Assembly (NCBI GenBank): GCA_028534125.1 | Contig: CM052817.1 | Location: 12,898,001 to 12,962,000 of the forward strand | DNA: 64,000 nt | Source: Lama glama | Taxonomy: Eukaryota | Direction: 5' to 3' | Shown here: in pieces, positions 40,326 to 52,352 of the stretch | Numbering within the stretch: position 1 is the first letter of the stretch | How the letters are laid out: each line of letters starts with the position of its first letter | The notes under the pieces: generated by a model | Databases searched by the model: none | The model's input: only the letters and a program-made list of their open reading frames with translations | Told to the model about the DNA's origin: nothing | Translations under genes and position numbers: made by a program

Positions 40326-41535
40326 TCACGTCTCAGTGAGTTGGAAACAATTAGTTGTATTCACCACAGTCTCCTTTATTCTCTTTGACTCTGCATTATG
40401 TCAAAACCAAATTATTTCTGGAACACTGCACAAAATGTGGAATCTGCTATCAATTTTTCTGGGGCCACTTCTTATTATGGTTGCCTAAAATAAGACAAAG
40501 CTGCAACATCACTGTTTCTTTTCATTAGGCGCTTGTTATGGGACCGTTGAGCGATCACAATAAAGCTAACATGATCTCACACGTTCTTATTAAGACAAGT
40601 GTTTCAAATTAAAAATTAACATCTTTGACATGTTAGAATGGTCTATATTAACTCAAAGTCAGGTTTCGAAATAGAAAAAGTATGACATTAGTATGATCTA
40701 ATGGACAAGGGGAAAGAACACCTTCTCCCATTCCTAACTTCTACCGCAGAAGGAAATATTTCCCGTGCTTTTGTTAAAAGTCAAAAAGCAGGGTTAAAAG
40801 GCCAAGTGAAAATATAACCCAGTTGCCAGTAGGTTCAGTCATATATCTTAGGTACAGATTTTTTAAGAGGTGGCTTGATATGAGATCCTTAAAAATCAGG
40901 GAGGAAATCCCAACTGTGTTTCCTATTACTCTGCCTCTTACAACTGAAGACTCGTTGCTACAGAAAGTCTCTTTTGTCTTATTTTTATGTAATGTCAGTC
41001 TTTGGCTTAAATAATACGGGATAGGGTTTCACGTTAACAAAATGCACACCCAGTACATTTTTCAAAAAGGAAAATTCTGGAATGTCTGTTGAAGTATGAG
41101 ACACAGAATTTCCTGTATACACAGAATTTCGTTTGTCCTCTATGTTAAATCACAACCACCAAGCTGACACTAGAAAAATAATAAAACGGGTGTTGGCACA
41201 CATGTCGCAAAATAACCAATTGATTTTATGTTTGTGTTTGTAGCTTTTTACTTCAGTGTTGACTACGTCCTTTTTCAGGTGGGTTTTGAGTTATGAGTAC
41301 AGTTGGAAGCGTTTGACTTGGATCAGGTGGTTTCTCGAGACATTCATTTCATAAACAAAATTCAGTGCAATTGCCTAAATTTGTAATTACTCATATTTTT
41401 AAATTTGTGTATCTGAACTCAGGTGCGCATATCTTCTAATTATTAGAGGAAACGTCGCTCCCTTTAGTTTTTTATTAGGATCTGGGGCAAAGTTTGACAA
41501 ACATTTTCTGTAAAGTACCAGTAGAAATGTAAGGC

Positions 41536-41752
41536 CAAAGTTTCTCAGCCTCAGCACTGAAACTGAGTATAAGGTAGATTCTGTAGGGGCTGCATTGTTC
41601 ATTGCAAGATATTTAGTAGCATCCCAATCTGTTCTGATGAGACTCCAGGAGTGTCTCCCACATCTACCTGTGACAAACAAAAAGGTCTCCAGATTTTGTC
41701 ACACATCTCCTGGGGCCTAAGAGCAAGTTGGCCCTGGTTACTAACCATCATT
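41536..41752 (+). mobile_element. hAT-Charlie MITE, MER20-like
   Basis: gtttctcagcctcagcactg...ggggctgcattgttcattgcaagatatttagtagcatccc...tgtgacaaacaaaaaggtctccaga. Confidence 0.85.
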
Positions 41753-41779
41753 TAGAATTTACAGATCCTGTATTTCCTA

Positions 41780-41995
41780 TTGCAACTATGAAAGCAGTCA
41801 TGGACAATATGTAAATGAATAGCATGGCTGCATTCCAGTAAAACTTGATTTACGGACACCAAAATTTGAATGTCATACAATTTTCACATGTCATGAATAA
41901 TTCTTCCCTTTTTCGCAACTATTTAAAAATTTAAAAACCATTCTTAGCTCATGGGGTAGACAAAAAGAGCAGCAAGCCATAGTTGCCAATTCCTT
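41780..41995 (+). mobile_element. MER58B-like fragment (3' part)
   Basis: aaagcagtcatggacaatatgtaaatgaatagcatggctg...aaaatttgaatgtcatacaattttcacatgtcatga...aaaaccattcttagctc...gccatagttgcca. Confidence 0.85.
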
Positions 41996-42019
41996 ATCTG
42001 CAGGATAAAATGATAAATA

Positions 42020-42519
42020 NNNNNNNNNNNNNNNNNNNNNNNNNNNNNNNNNNNNNNNNNNNNNNNNNNNNNNNNNNNNNNNNNNNNNNNNNNNNNNNNN
42101 NNNNNNNNNNNNNNNNNNNNNNNNNNNNNNNNNNNNNNNNNNNNNNNNNNNNNNNNNNNNNNNNNNNNNNNNNNNNNNNNNNNNNNNNNNNNNNNNNNNN
42201 NNNNNNNNNNNNNNNNNNNNNNNNNNNNNNNNNNNNNNNNNNNNNNNNNNNNNNNNNNNNNNNNNNNNNNNNNNNNNNNNNNNNNNNNNNNNNNNNNNNN
42301 NNNNNNNNNNNNNNNNNNNNNNNNNNNNNNNNNNNNNNNNNNNNNNNNNNNNNNNNNNNNNNNNNNNNNNNNNNNNNNNNNNNNNNNNNNNNNNNNNNNN
42401 NNNNNNNNNNNNNNNNNNNNNNNNNNNNNNNNNNNNNNNNNNNNNNNNNNNNNNNNNNNNNNNNNNNNNNNNNNNNNNNNNNNNNNNNNNNNNNNNNNNN
42501 NNNNNNNNNNNNNNNNNNN
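42020..42519. other. Assembly gap (500 N)
   Basis: Run of N counted from the line coordinates. Confidence 0.99.
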
Positions 42520-43134
42520 TTCAGAACAAAATAAAATATCTATACAGAGGAAAATAGAGGTACAGGTATCGTTATTGGTAATATAAACGTTAAGACTAGC
42601 AATGGTCTTGTTTTTTTTCACATGGACTACTTCATTGCAGTTGTTTATTCTTTTAATATCCAATTCCTTCCAGAAAAATGTCTTCCCACCTCATTTTTTG
42701 ATGTCCCTCCTTTCCTGATGTCCTAATCACACATTCTATCTGTTGCATCACCCAGAACTCTGTTTATTAACACTCTTAAAACAACTATGTGAAGAAAATG
42801 TTCAAAGACATAAACTTCTAGAACAATTCATGTACACACTGGGCTCTTCTTTCATTTCTTGTCCCTCTGGAGAACCCCCACTCATCCTCAGATTGGCTCC
42901 TCTGTGATTTCCTGAAGCTCTCACAGTTATTGAGTGTTCATTATTAGCTAATGCCCATGCCAGAAACCTTATATATATATGGAGAGAGTCTCATTTTAGC
43001 CTCACAAGCCTGCTATAAATTAAAAATCACCTTTACTTATGCTCTGACAGACTTGATAGAGTACTGAGTACCCCCCCCCACTTACTTCATAAAAGATGAT
43101 TGTGTCTCTCTTAACATTTTTAAGAGCATAAAAT

Positions 43135-43315
43135 GGGCCAAGAATTTGTCAAGTTGCTTGGCATATATTAACCTATTTAATTATTAAAGCAGTACTTTTA
43201 TCCTAATTTTATAGATGAGAAGACTGATAAAAAGATATCTCACCCAAGTTCACCCAAAGAATATATGGCAGAAACGGGATTTGAAAGCCAGCAGTCTGGG
43301 TCCTGTTTTAATCAT
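43135..43315 (-). mobile_element. MIR SINE
   Basis: ttttatagatgagaagactga...cccaagttcaccca...tggcagaaacgggatttgaa...gcagtctgg. Confidence 0.8.
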
Positions 43316-43539
43316 TTATACGTGTTGATCTAGACAATGAAATGTAAATCACTTTATTAAATTTGCCAGATCTTAAATGGGTTAATGCTTTGTGGATAAC
43401 TGTTTAAATAAAGCCTGCATTCCTGTGTTTAGCCCTTCACAGAGTCTCTGTAATCACAGTCCACAAAATGCTTAAATATGAGCCCCCCTTTCAGTGCCAG
43501 AGAGTGGTGCTACATTTAACACCTCGTTGTTGACAACAC

Positions 43540-44080
43540 ACATGACAGAGTGGTATGATTATCAAGCCAGTACCTAGCAGGTCTCACTGGGAATTCTTTA
43601 ATATCTTCCTATTGTCCGTAAGACAAAATCTAAAATTCTCAACTTGGCCTTGCCTGCTAAGCCCCAGCCTTCCTCTCCAGGCTTGGTTTTGACCACTTTC
43701 GCCCAGTGATTGTGGTCTAACCACATGAGTCTTCTTTCCGTTCCTCCAGCAACGTCAGAGTCTTCACATGCAAGCACTCTGTCTCTACCCGGAATGCTCC
43801 CCACTCCCGACTTGTATGTAAATAGCAACATCCCACTTACGCTCTACATCTCTAATGTCTCTTCATCCAAGGAGTCTTCCTTAATCTTCCAGTCTTGGCC
43901 GGGTCCCGCTGTGAAACATCTTAGTAGTTCCCCTAACTTCTCCTTCAGAGCACATATTACTGCTTTACACAATTCTATGTGTGTACAGTTGTTAGGCATC
44001 TACATCCCACAGAGACATGAGCATCTTCTAAGAGCACAGACCAAGTCTGTTTCATTCACTGCTGTATCCCCAGCATCTTA
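43540..44080 (+). mobile_element. LINE-2 3' portion
   Basis: gacaaaatctaaaattctcaacttggcc...ctctgtctctacccggaatgc...tctgtttcattcactgctgtatccccagca. Confidence 0.8.
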
Positions 44081-47000
44081 AAGCAGGAAGAGGGTTTTGT
44101 ATTCCCAAGATAGAAACGGCTCTTTCAATCTTTACCTGATAAAATGGACAAAAGCTCTATTGTCTCTTGAATTCTTGAAACAATGGCTAATATGAATAGC
44201 AATGATAATAGCTAATGTTTAACGAGCAGTTTCTATTTTCCAGGAACTATTTTAAGAGCTTCAAAGTTTGGAACTCCATTTATCTTCACAATGCTGTGAG
44301 GTTGGGACTGAAATTTATAGAATGTTCAATACATCCATGCCTCACTCCAGCTGGGGGTTCAAATTTGATGAAGAATTGGTTGTGCTCTCTTCTGACCCCG
44401 AGGAAAACCTGAAGCCTCCGCTCATTTCAAAGCAATCCTTAAAAATATTTTGCTTGCGGAAAACCTGGCCTGGTCGTTAAATTTCTCAGAGATTTCTAAC
44501 CAGAGGACAGCAGTCCCCAGTGTCTGAACAGTAATCACTCGGGTGAAAGGTTATGGTATGGATTCCCAAATCAAACACACAGAATACCCTGACGGGAGTC
44601 TCAGCAAACAGCATGAGACACAGAGAAGGGTCACAGATTTTCACATGTGAGTGGATGTTGTCCTAATTAGTAAACCTGAAATTCACTTGAAGCTGTTCCT
44701 TTGTTAATCGTGACTGTGACTGTTTTCTTAACACTGAAAGGATGACTACGGATCATTTATGAAGAGCTGTAGACTGTCAGTTTTATTTGAACACCTACAA
44801 ATGTGAAATATGCACAAAGCTTAGATACGGCAAAATAGGATCAATATATTTACATGTCATGACTGGCCGATATAAATGCCCATGAAGTCTATAACAACCT
44901 TCCAGTATCCTTTCTTAGGATAGTCATCCTTTTGGGACCCGCTCGCCCAGAAAAAGACACCTGGTTTCCTTAGATGAACAAACCATAAACGAAGGTTTTG
45001 TGGAATCCTCAAAATAACAATCACTTACTCATGTCTCTCTGGCTCAAGATAGTGTCATCGCCATTCCTATATGCTTAGGAATTAAAATTAGACGAATTAC
45101 TACGGAAGGGTTTGCTTTGAAATTAAGAAGATATGGGGTAAAAATTCTAAATAATATTGTAATCTGAAAATCCCTTTGATAAGAACGGGGCCATCATAAC
45201 TCAAAGACATATACACGTTCCGCAAATGAGAACACTGCTACAAAATTCACTGTAATTCACTTGCTTTGGGGGCATATACAAATCATTTTACATTTTAACA
45301 AATCATAATTTATTTCCAGTAACAAATAATAGTTCCTTTGGTTTATATGTAAAGAAAGAACCATGGTCTTCTAGATTTGGCTGTGGAAAATTAAGAGAAA
45401 AGGGACTACAGAAGAGAAAGAGAGAAAAATTATGAATGATATTAAGATAAATATGTTGAAGAGTGAAAATTCTACATTTCCAACATAGAGAAGTAATTTT
45501 CAAGGTTTATCTTGAAAATTAAATGCCAAGAAGCTTAATAAATTCACATTCCTAATGTGCATTGAATTTTGGAACCAATGAATTATAACACTAATTATAG
45601 CTCACAGGGAGAGACAATAAACTAGTAAATTAGTAAGTAAATAGCATATACAGTGGAGAAAAGTAAAGCAGAAAAGAAAAGAAAGAAACACGGGCAGAGG
45701 GTAATCAGGCCATTGGTGCTCTGGGTGCAGCTTTAGCTAGAAAGATCCAAGGTCTCAGGGGTAAAGTGGCATTTGAGCAAAGACCTGAACGCAGTAAAAA
45801 TTGAAGTCATGAGAATCTGACATTTTTTGTCAGAGAGAACAAGTTTGCAAATGTATGAAATATAAGACAATTTGGAGAAAACTTTGAATAATATCCATTT
45901 TTGTCCTCACTCACATGGATGGATTTCAGTGTGTAGGAGCTTCTCTCCTTTGTATTGAGATCTGATATAATACTGAAAATTGAGAATGGGAATGTGGAGG
46001 GGAAAATTACACCTGTTTTCAACTAATTTGCTTTTCATGTTGTATTGCATATTTCATGTATTTAAATATTGGTTTTTCAGCTGTAGCCCAAAAAGAGCCC
46101 CTCTGGAAATGACGCAGTATGTCTCTGTGGGATATATTTCCTGCATTTAAAAAATACACAATAAAAAGTAAAAAGTAACTCCATAGTGTCTGTGTTCCAT
46201 CAGCCATATCCTATTTTCTAATTACACTGCATGCACGCTCCTTTTAAAGTTAATTTTCTCTCTGTATAAACATTGTAACAGACTTATTTTTAGATCTTTC
46301 TTTAGCTTGATTTTATTCCATTTAGGAGAAAAGCATTTTGATTTTTCAGAGAAGTTTGTATGTTTATGATTAAGTATCAAATATGGAAATCTATTTAAAA
46401 TAAAAATGATTTTAATCATTTTACCAAATCATTAACCGAAAAAAAAGAGAAGAAAGTTCTTGTTTCCACAAAAAGATAAACTTTTAATCCTAGGTTTGCA
46501 GGCGTCTTCAATGTGCTTGGTATCTTATATAGAAAGAAACAAAGCCCACGGTTTTACATTGGTAATAATAAGTTAACTAAGCAAGCATGTTAAATTATTA
46601 AATTTGGAGAATACATTGTGCTTATTATGTTACTTACCCTTGCAGTGAACTAGAAAATGAATGTGGTCATTCCAGACTGGTTAAATTGGAAATATATTTT
46701 ATACAGATGTGTCTAATGTAGTTTCCTGGCAGAGGAATAATGCGCACAGCTTATATTTGTAAGTATACAAATCTGGTTTTATATTACGTTGCAGTTCTGT
46801 AAAATCAGATTTTCCCCTCCGCACTCCGGTTTTCACTTTCAGGATATATTTACATCCTTTTATCATTTAAAGTATCTTTATTAAAACACTATTTTTTCCA
46901 GATCCTTCGGAGTTTGTTTCATTTATGGGTAGGTTGGGGATTGGGGTTTGGAATTGGAGAGAATTTAAGAATAAACAGCGAGCATTCTATTTAAAACCAA

Positions 47001-47271
47001 GAGATTCACCCTCCTTAATTAGTGCTAAATTGATTTTTACAAAATCCTATTTCTGCCATCGGCTTAGTTGAGATCATGTTCCTTTTTATTTTGCTTTGGA
47101 ACTTTTATTAATGTCAACTAATTTTACTTCCATTTGTTAAGATAGCTAGACAATGTTACAGCATCCATTTCAGTTCTGTTGGAAATTTTCATTAGATCAA
47201 TTCAGCCCCGAAAACAATGAAAAATTTATCTAGACTCCATCAACATCTCTGATGTCTTGGATTTTATGAGA

Positions 47272-47276
<5 letters not shown>

Positions 47277-47308
<32 letters not shown>
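47277..47308. repeat. (TG)16 microsatellite
   Basis: Direct read. Confidence 0.96.
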
Positions 47309-47310
<2 letters not shown>

Positions 47311-48929
47311 ATAATTGCTTATTTACTTTTACTGCCTGCATTTTAAGGGACGTTTCAGTGGCTGGATTTATTACAGAAATAAAATAGATTTTGTTACATT
47401 TACTTTTCAGTTAATGAAGAGTCCTCATTGCATGTTGCTCCGGAACCTCTAACAGAGTGGTTCAAGGTTATGTTATTTGAAAATTGGAGTTTTCATACAA
47501 TGCCAGTGTAAAGGCAGCACAGAAAGGCCTGAGCAAGTTAGAATGAAGTCATCGTGTGTCAGTGTGAAAGTGCCACTGGACTGCTGTTCTAGTTCTCAAG
47601 GCAGCTAACACGTATGCTCCTTCTCTGGGTATCCTGTAAAAGGAAGGTTTATTCATTAGTAGTTTTCTTAAACCAGGACTCAGAAAGTCTGGGTGCCACA
47701 TCACTCCTGGAATTTATTTGATCAGTGGATTATTGCACCACGGATAAGAAAGCGTACATTTCAAATCAGGTCTTTCATTTGGGCCCAACGGGTCCAAAGT
47801 GTACTGTGCTGAGAGGGCAGAAAAAGCACACTGATTTTTGGGGGATATCGCCAATGGCCGTGACCAGTGGAGTTCAAGACTGGTCCTCGGCAAGATTATC
47901 AGTTAGCCAGTGCTGGCTGTCAGCATCATATCTCCACTTCCTTTCCTGCCTGCAGGGTTGCCTCAGAGCTCGCTTGTACTAGAAACCATTCCCAGGTGAG
48001 CCCTAGGTTTGGACCTTTTCCAAAGGAAAGTCGCACAAAAGCAGTGCAGGGCAATTTATGCTAAATGATATAGCAAAAGTTCTATCGCTGTGCAGAGGAG
48101 GAATACACATGGTGTCTCAGTCAGGGAACACTCCAGAAATGGTAAAAACTGAGCTATTTATTGAGAATTGACTCGACATGAGGCACTGCGATAAGCACAT
48201 TGTGCACATATTGATAATGTAATAAAGTAGGAGTAATACTTTCTGTACAAATAATAAAACTCAGGCTAAATTCAATTATGTGTCATGTTTGGAATCACGT
48301 GTTCTTAGTCAACGAGCTGCAAATACCTCATTTTCTGCACAGAGATGAGCCGGAATAATTCCTTACAATACTTTCTTAAAAGATGAGAAGGGTGATGGTG
48401 GCTAAAGACGTGGGATCTCTGCTTCTTCCTTAACGAGCAAGACCTCTCCAGATTTGAAACAAAATGCCTGGGACTTGTTGAAACATGAAATTTAAAGCAA
48501 GCAGAGAACACAGCACTAAACTGATGTTTGTTTAAATAACGTTTATGCACGAATCACTAGATCGGCAATGTTTTTAAATTGTCAGTTGTATTTCACCGGT
48601 TTCTCAGCTTTAATCATTATATATGGATTTGACAGTCTAGTCTCTGCTCCCATACTTATGAAAAATGGGTAGATATCAAATTTAAAGATTGAAGGAAAAT
48701 ACCTTGGCAGTACAAGAGCATTACTTTAATGAATAATTATGAGCTGATAACACAATTGATATCTACCTTGATTGAACAGGTAACATCATAAACTACAAAA
48801 CTGATAGCCATCCTAAAAAAACTCCTTCTTCCTGACTTTCACAAATGTTTAGTCACCTTTATATTCTATTAATTCTGTATCTGTGGTTTCTGTCCTGACT
48901 TCTCCTTTCTAGAGCTTCAAGGCAATCGC

Positions 48930-49990
48930 ACGTTCATTCAAGGAACATTCACTGAGCTCCTACTCGGTTCCAGGCACTCTTCCGGATGCTAAGGATAATC
49001 CAGCAAACAAAACCAGAACACAATTTGAATACAAATTCTTTGTAGGTAGAAATTTTGATTTCTATTGGGTTCTTTTCACTGTTATATTACCAGTTTTCAC
49101 AACAATGCCTGCTCCATAGAAGGGACTCAGTAATTATTGGTTGAATGAATAAAAAACAGACTGAATCTGTGTTCTCATGTAGATTTATATCCTGTTGGGG
49201 GAGGGTGGGGCAGATAGGTAAGGGCATCTTACAATCAAAAACAAATAAGCATGCATTAGATTACGTAATACTATGCATAAAATAAGACAAGGTAATACGT
49301 GTAAAGTGATTGAGTAATAAAGAGGGTGTTTTTATAGATGAGATTTGATTCGAGCAAAGAACTGAAAGATCCGAGAGATAATACAGCCATTGAGGAAAAG
49401 AGTGTACAAATGAGAGAGAAGTGTGTTTGGCATTTTCATAGAACCGACTGACTAGTGAGGTCAGATCAGTGTGAGCCTGCCGAGAGGCTCACACTGATCT
49501 GTACCAGTCACACACCACCCTGTGGTCCCAAGTTAGGGTTTTGGATTTTAGCCACAGAGGTATGAGAATACATTGGAGTGATCTGAGCAGAGAGGCGATC
49601 TGATCTGCCTTTTATTTTCTTCCAGTTTTACTGAGACATCATTGACATACAGCACTGTATACATTGAAGAGGAACAACATAATGATTTGGCTTACATACA
49701 TCATGAAATGATGATCACAGTGAGTTTAGTGAGAATCCAGCACCTCATAGAGATACAAATTTTTAAAAAACGGAGGAAAGCTTTTTTTCCTTATGATGAG
49801 AACTCTTAGGATTTACTCTCAACAAATTTCATATATAGCAAACAGCAGTGTTAATTATGTTTATCATGTTGTAGGTTACATCCCTAGTACTTATGTGTCT
49901 TATAGCTGGAAGTTGGTTTAGCTGGATCCTTCTGGGGAGCAAAGTAAGAAGCTGGAATACCAGCGAGGAGGTGATTACAGTGGTCCAAAA
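48930..49990 (-). mobile_element. LINE-2 (host element, with nested insertions)
   Basis: ttcattcaaggaacattcactgagctcctactcggttccaggcact tail; ttttggatttt...cattggag...gagcagagaggcgatctgatctg further in; interrupted by an L1 and by an opposite-strand L2 tail at ~49040-49150. Confidence 0.7.
49610..49915 (-). mobile_element. L1 3' UTR end (L1MA9-like)
   Basis: ttttactgagacatcattgacatacagcactg...atgagaactcttaggatttactctc...catgttgtaggttacatcccta...ttatagctggaagttgg. Confidence 0.88.
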
Positions 49991-50271
49991 AAAACCTGAA
50001 TCCTATGGAATGTAAAACAACTGTCTCCCAAGTGTATCTACTCATTCTCTTTGGTGATGCTTTTCAGCTTCTGCTTCCCTGCTCAGTCCCCACATGCGAT
50101 GTAATCTAGCACATGAAATTACTTTCAGTACCCAACACATCATCAATCCCAGGGCCTCTGTTCCTTTATATACGTAGAAATTTTAAAAAGCTTTCAAATG
50201 AGAGTGCTTTGATCAGAGGTGGTTAAATTTGGGGTGTTATGGACCTTTGAGAGATTTTTTTCCTCTAAGAA

Positions 50272-50426
50272 TTTATGTATATATATATATGTATTATGTT
50301 TTATGTATATATTTTTATGTATATATATATGTATATATGTATTATATATATATATGTATATATGTATTATGTATGTGTATATATATATATATACACACAC
50401 ACACATACACACACACATACACACAC
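50272..50426. repeat. Degenerate (TA)/(TATG)/(CA) microsatellite
   Basis: Direct read; source of four overlapping low-complexity ORFs. Confidence 0.93.
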
Positions 50427-51312
50427 TAACCAATATTCCCTTGTAATTATAAGGAATTTTTAGATTCCCTCAAAATCCATTCTTGCAATGTATTTACAAA
50501 TAGATATCCTTAAGAATGATCAAATTCAGTACTTCCAAATTGCATTACATCACATATTATTTTTTGGGGGGGAGTTCATAGTTACGTAAAGATGGGAAAT
50601 GCTACCTACTATACCTGTATCTTGGAGAAGCTCTGCATAAATTTTTATTAAAGGTTCTGAAATGTATTGCTGAAAATAATGTACAGTTGAGGAAACTAAG
50701 GTACAAAGAGATTAAATAATTAGCCCAGGAAATAAAATCCAGAAAATGACCATGACAAGATATAAATCAGGAATTTCATCTTCACGTCCCTCCTTCTAAC
50801 TTCATGTCAGATGCAAATTTAGTTCTAAATCAGCGACTTCATTACATAGTCAAGCCCCAGAGAGATTAAGCTATTGCTCCAAATTTCCTCATTTAATATA
50901 CATTCCCAAAGTGTTAGGTGATTTTACAGACTATAATCATTTATCACCCAAACTTAGAATATATACATTTAACTAGTCCATGAAGATGAAACAGATGGGT
51001 AATTATTATTCTTTAAAGAATTCTAATATGATTTAAAAAAACAATTAATTACTTTTTCCTAAAGTACAGTAAAATGATTAGTTTTGTCACAGCTTTTAAT
51101 ACTTTCTATTAATTTTCTGTCACAATGCTGTAATTAACTGCATCATCAATACAAATACAAGATTTTTTCTATTAGAATCATTCACATACTGAAATTACTG
51201 TTTATAATTGAGAATTGAGGATATGATCTTTCTTTAGTAAATCTTGTTTTAGTTTTTAACAAATATCCAATCCAATATTAGATCCCCAAAGTGACTGATA
51301 TAAGGTATTTTC

Positions 51313-51997
51313 TTTTTTTAATTTTTTAATATATCTTTATTGAAGTATATTCAGTTTACAATGTTGTGTCAATTTCTGGTGTACAGCACAATACTTCAGT
51401 CATATAAGAACATATATATATATTCGTTTTCATATTCTTTTTCACCATCAGTTACTACAAGGTATTGAATATAGTTCCCTGTGCTATACAGAAGAAACTT
51501 GTTGTTTATCTATTTTATATATATATTAGTTAGGACCTGCAACTTTCGAACTCCCAGTTTATCCCTTCCAACCTCCTTCCCTTCCTGGTAACCATAAGTT
51601 TGTTTTCTATGTCCATGAGTCTGTTTCTGTTTTATAAATAAGTTCATTTGTCTTTTTTTTTTTTAAGATTCCATATATAAGTGATCTATGGTATTTGTCT
51701 TTCTCTTTCTGGTTTACTTCACTTAGAATAACATTCTCTGGGTCCATACATGTTGCTGCAAATGGCATTATTTTATTTTTCGTGGCTGAGTAGTATTCCA
51801 TTGTCTGAATATATCACAACTTCTTTATCCAGTCATCTGTCAATGGACATTGTTTCCATGTCTTGGCTATTGTAAATAGTCCTGCTATGAACATTGGGGT
51901 GCATTTATCTTTTTGAGTTAAGGCTCCCTCTGGATATATGCCCAGGAGTGGGATTGCTGGATCATACAGTAAGTCTATTTTTAGTTTTTTGAGGAAT
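51313..51997 (-). mobile_element. Relatively young 5'-truncated L1 with 18-bp TSD
   Basis: Encodes FLKKLKIDLLYDPAIPLLGIYP...CTPMFIAGLFTIAKTWKQ and MEYYSA (ORF2 C-terminus); TSD ctgatataaggtattttc (51295-51312) vs ctgatatgaagtgttttc (51998-52015), 3 mismatches. Confidence 0.96.
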
Positions 51998-52266
51998 CTG
52001 ATATGAAGTGTTTTCATGTAAGCTCCCTTAAAATGCTCTAACTCTCACAAGAGCTTGAATCATTTGAAATATTAGTAGGGTTGCTATAAATGAGGAAAGA
52101 AATAAGCCCTTTAGTTGTATTGAAATGACCAAATATGAACTGAGTATGTTTGCCTAAGGAGGGGACCAGGAGAACCAAGGAGCACTTATCTGATTAATTT
52201 ACTCATTCACTTGTAACGGTAAAAGCAAAACTCATATATAGAGAAAAGAATCCACTTTTGTCTCCC

Positions 52267-52352
52267 ATTTTCCCATAAGACTTGCTTTTATGGAGTGAAA
52301 TTGCCTTGCTCCACTGAGAACTTGGGCAATCCTAAAGTCTTTATGGCGAAAT
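52267..52352. mobile_element. Short MITE-like element with imperfect terminal inverted repeats, family uncertain
   Basis: attttcccataagactt at the left pairs with aagtctttatggcgaaat at the right (2 mismatches, 1 gap). Confidence 0.5.

Noticed and set aside
41944..42663. 239-aa and 183-aa ORFs
   Set aside because: They are long only because they span the 500-N gap.
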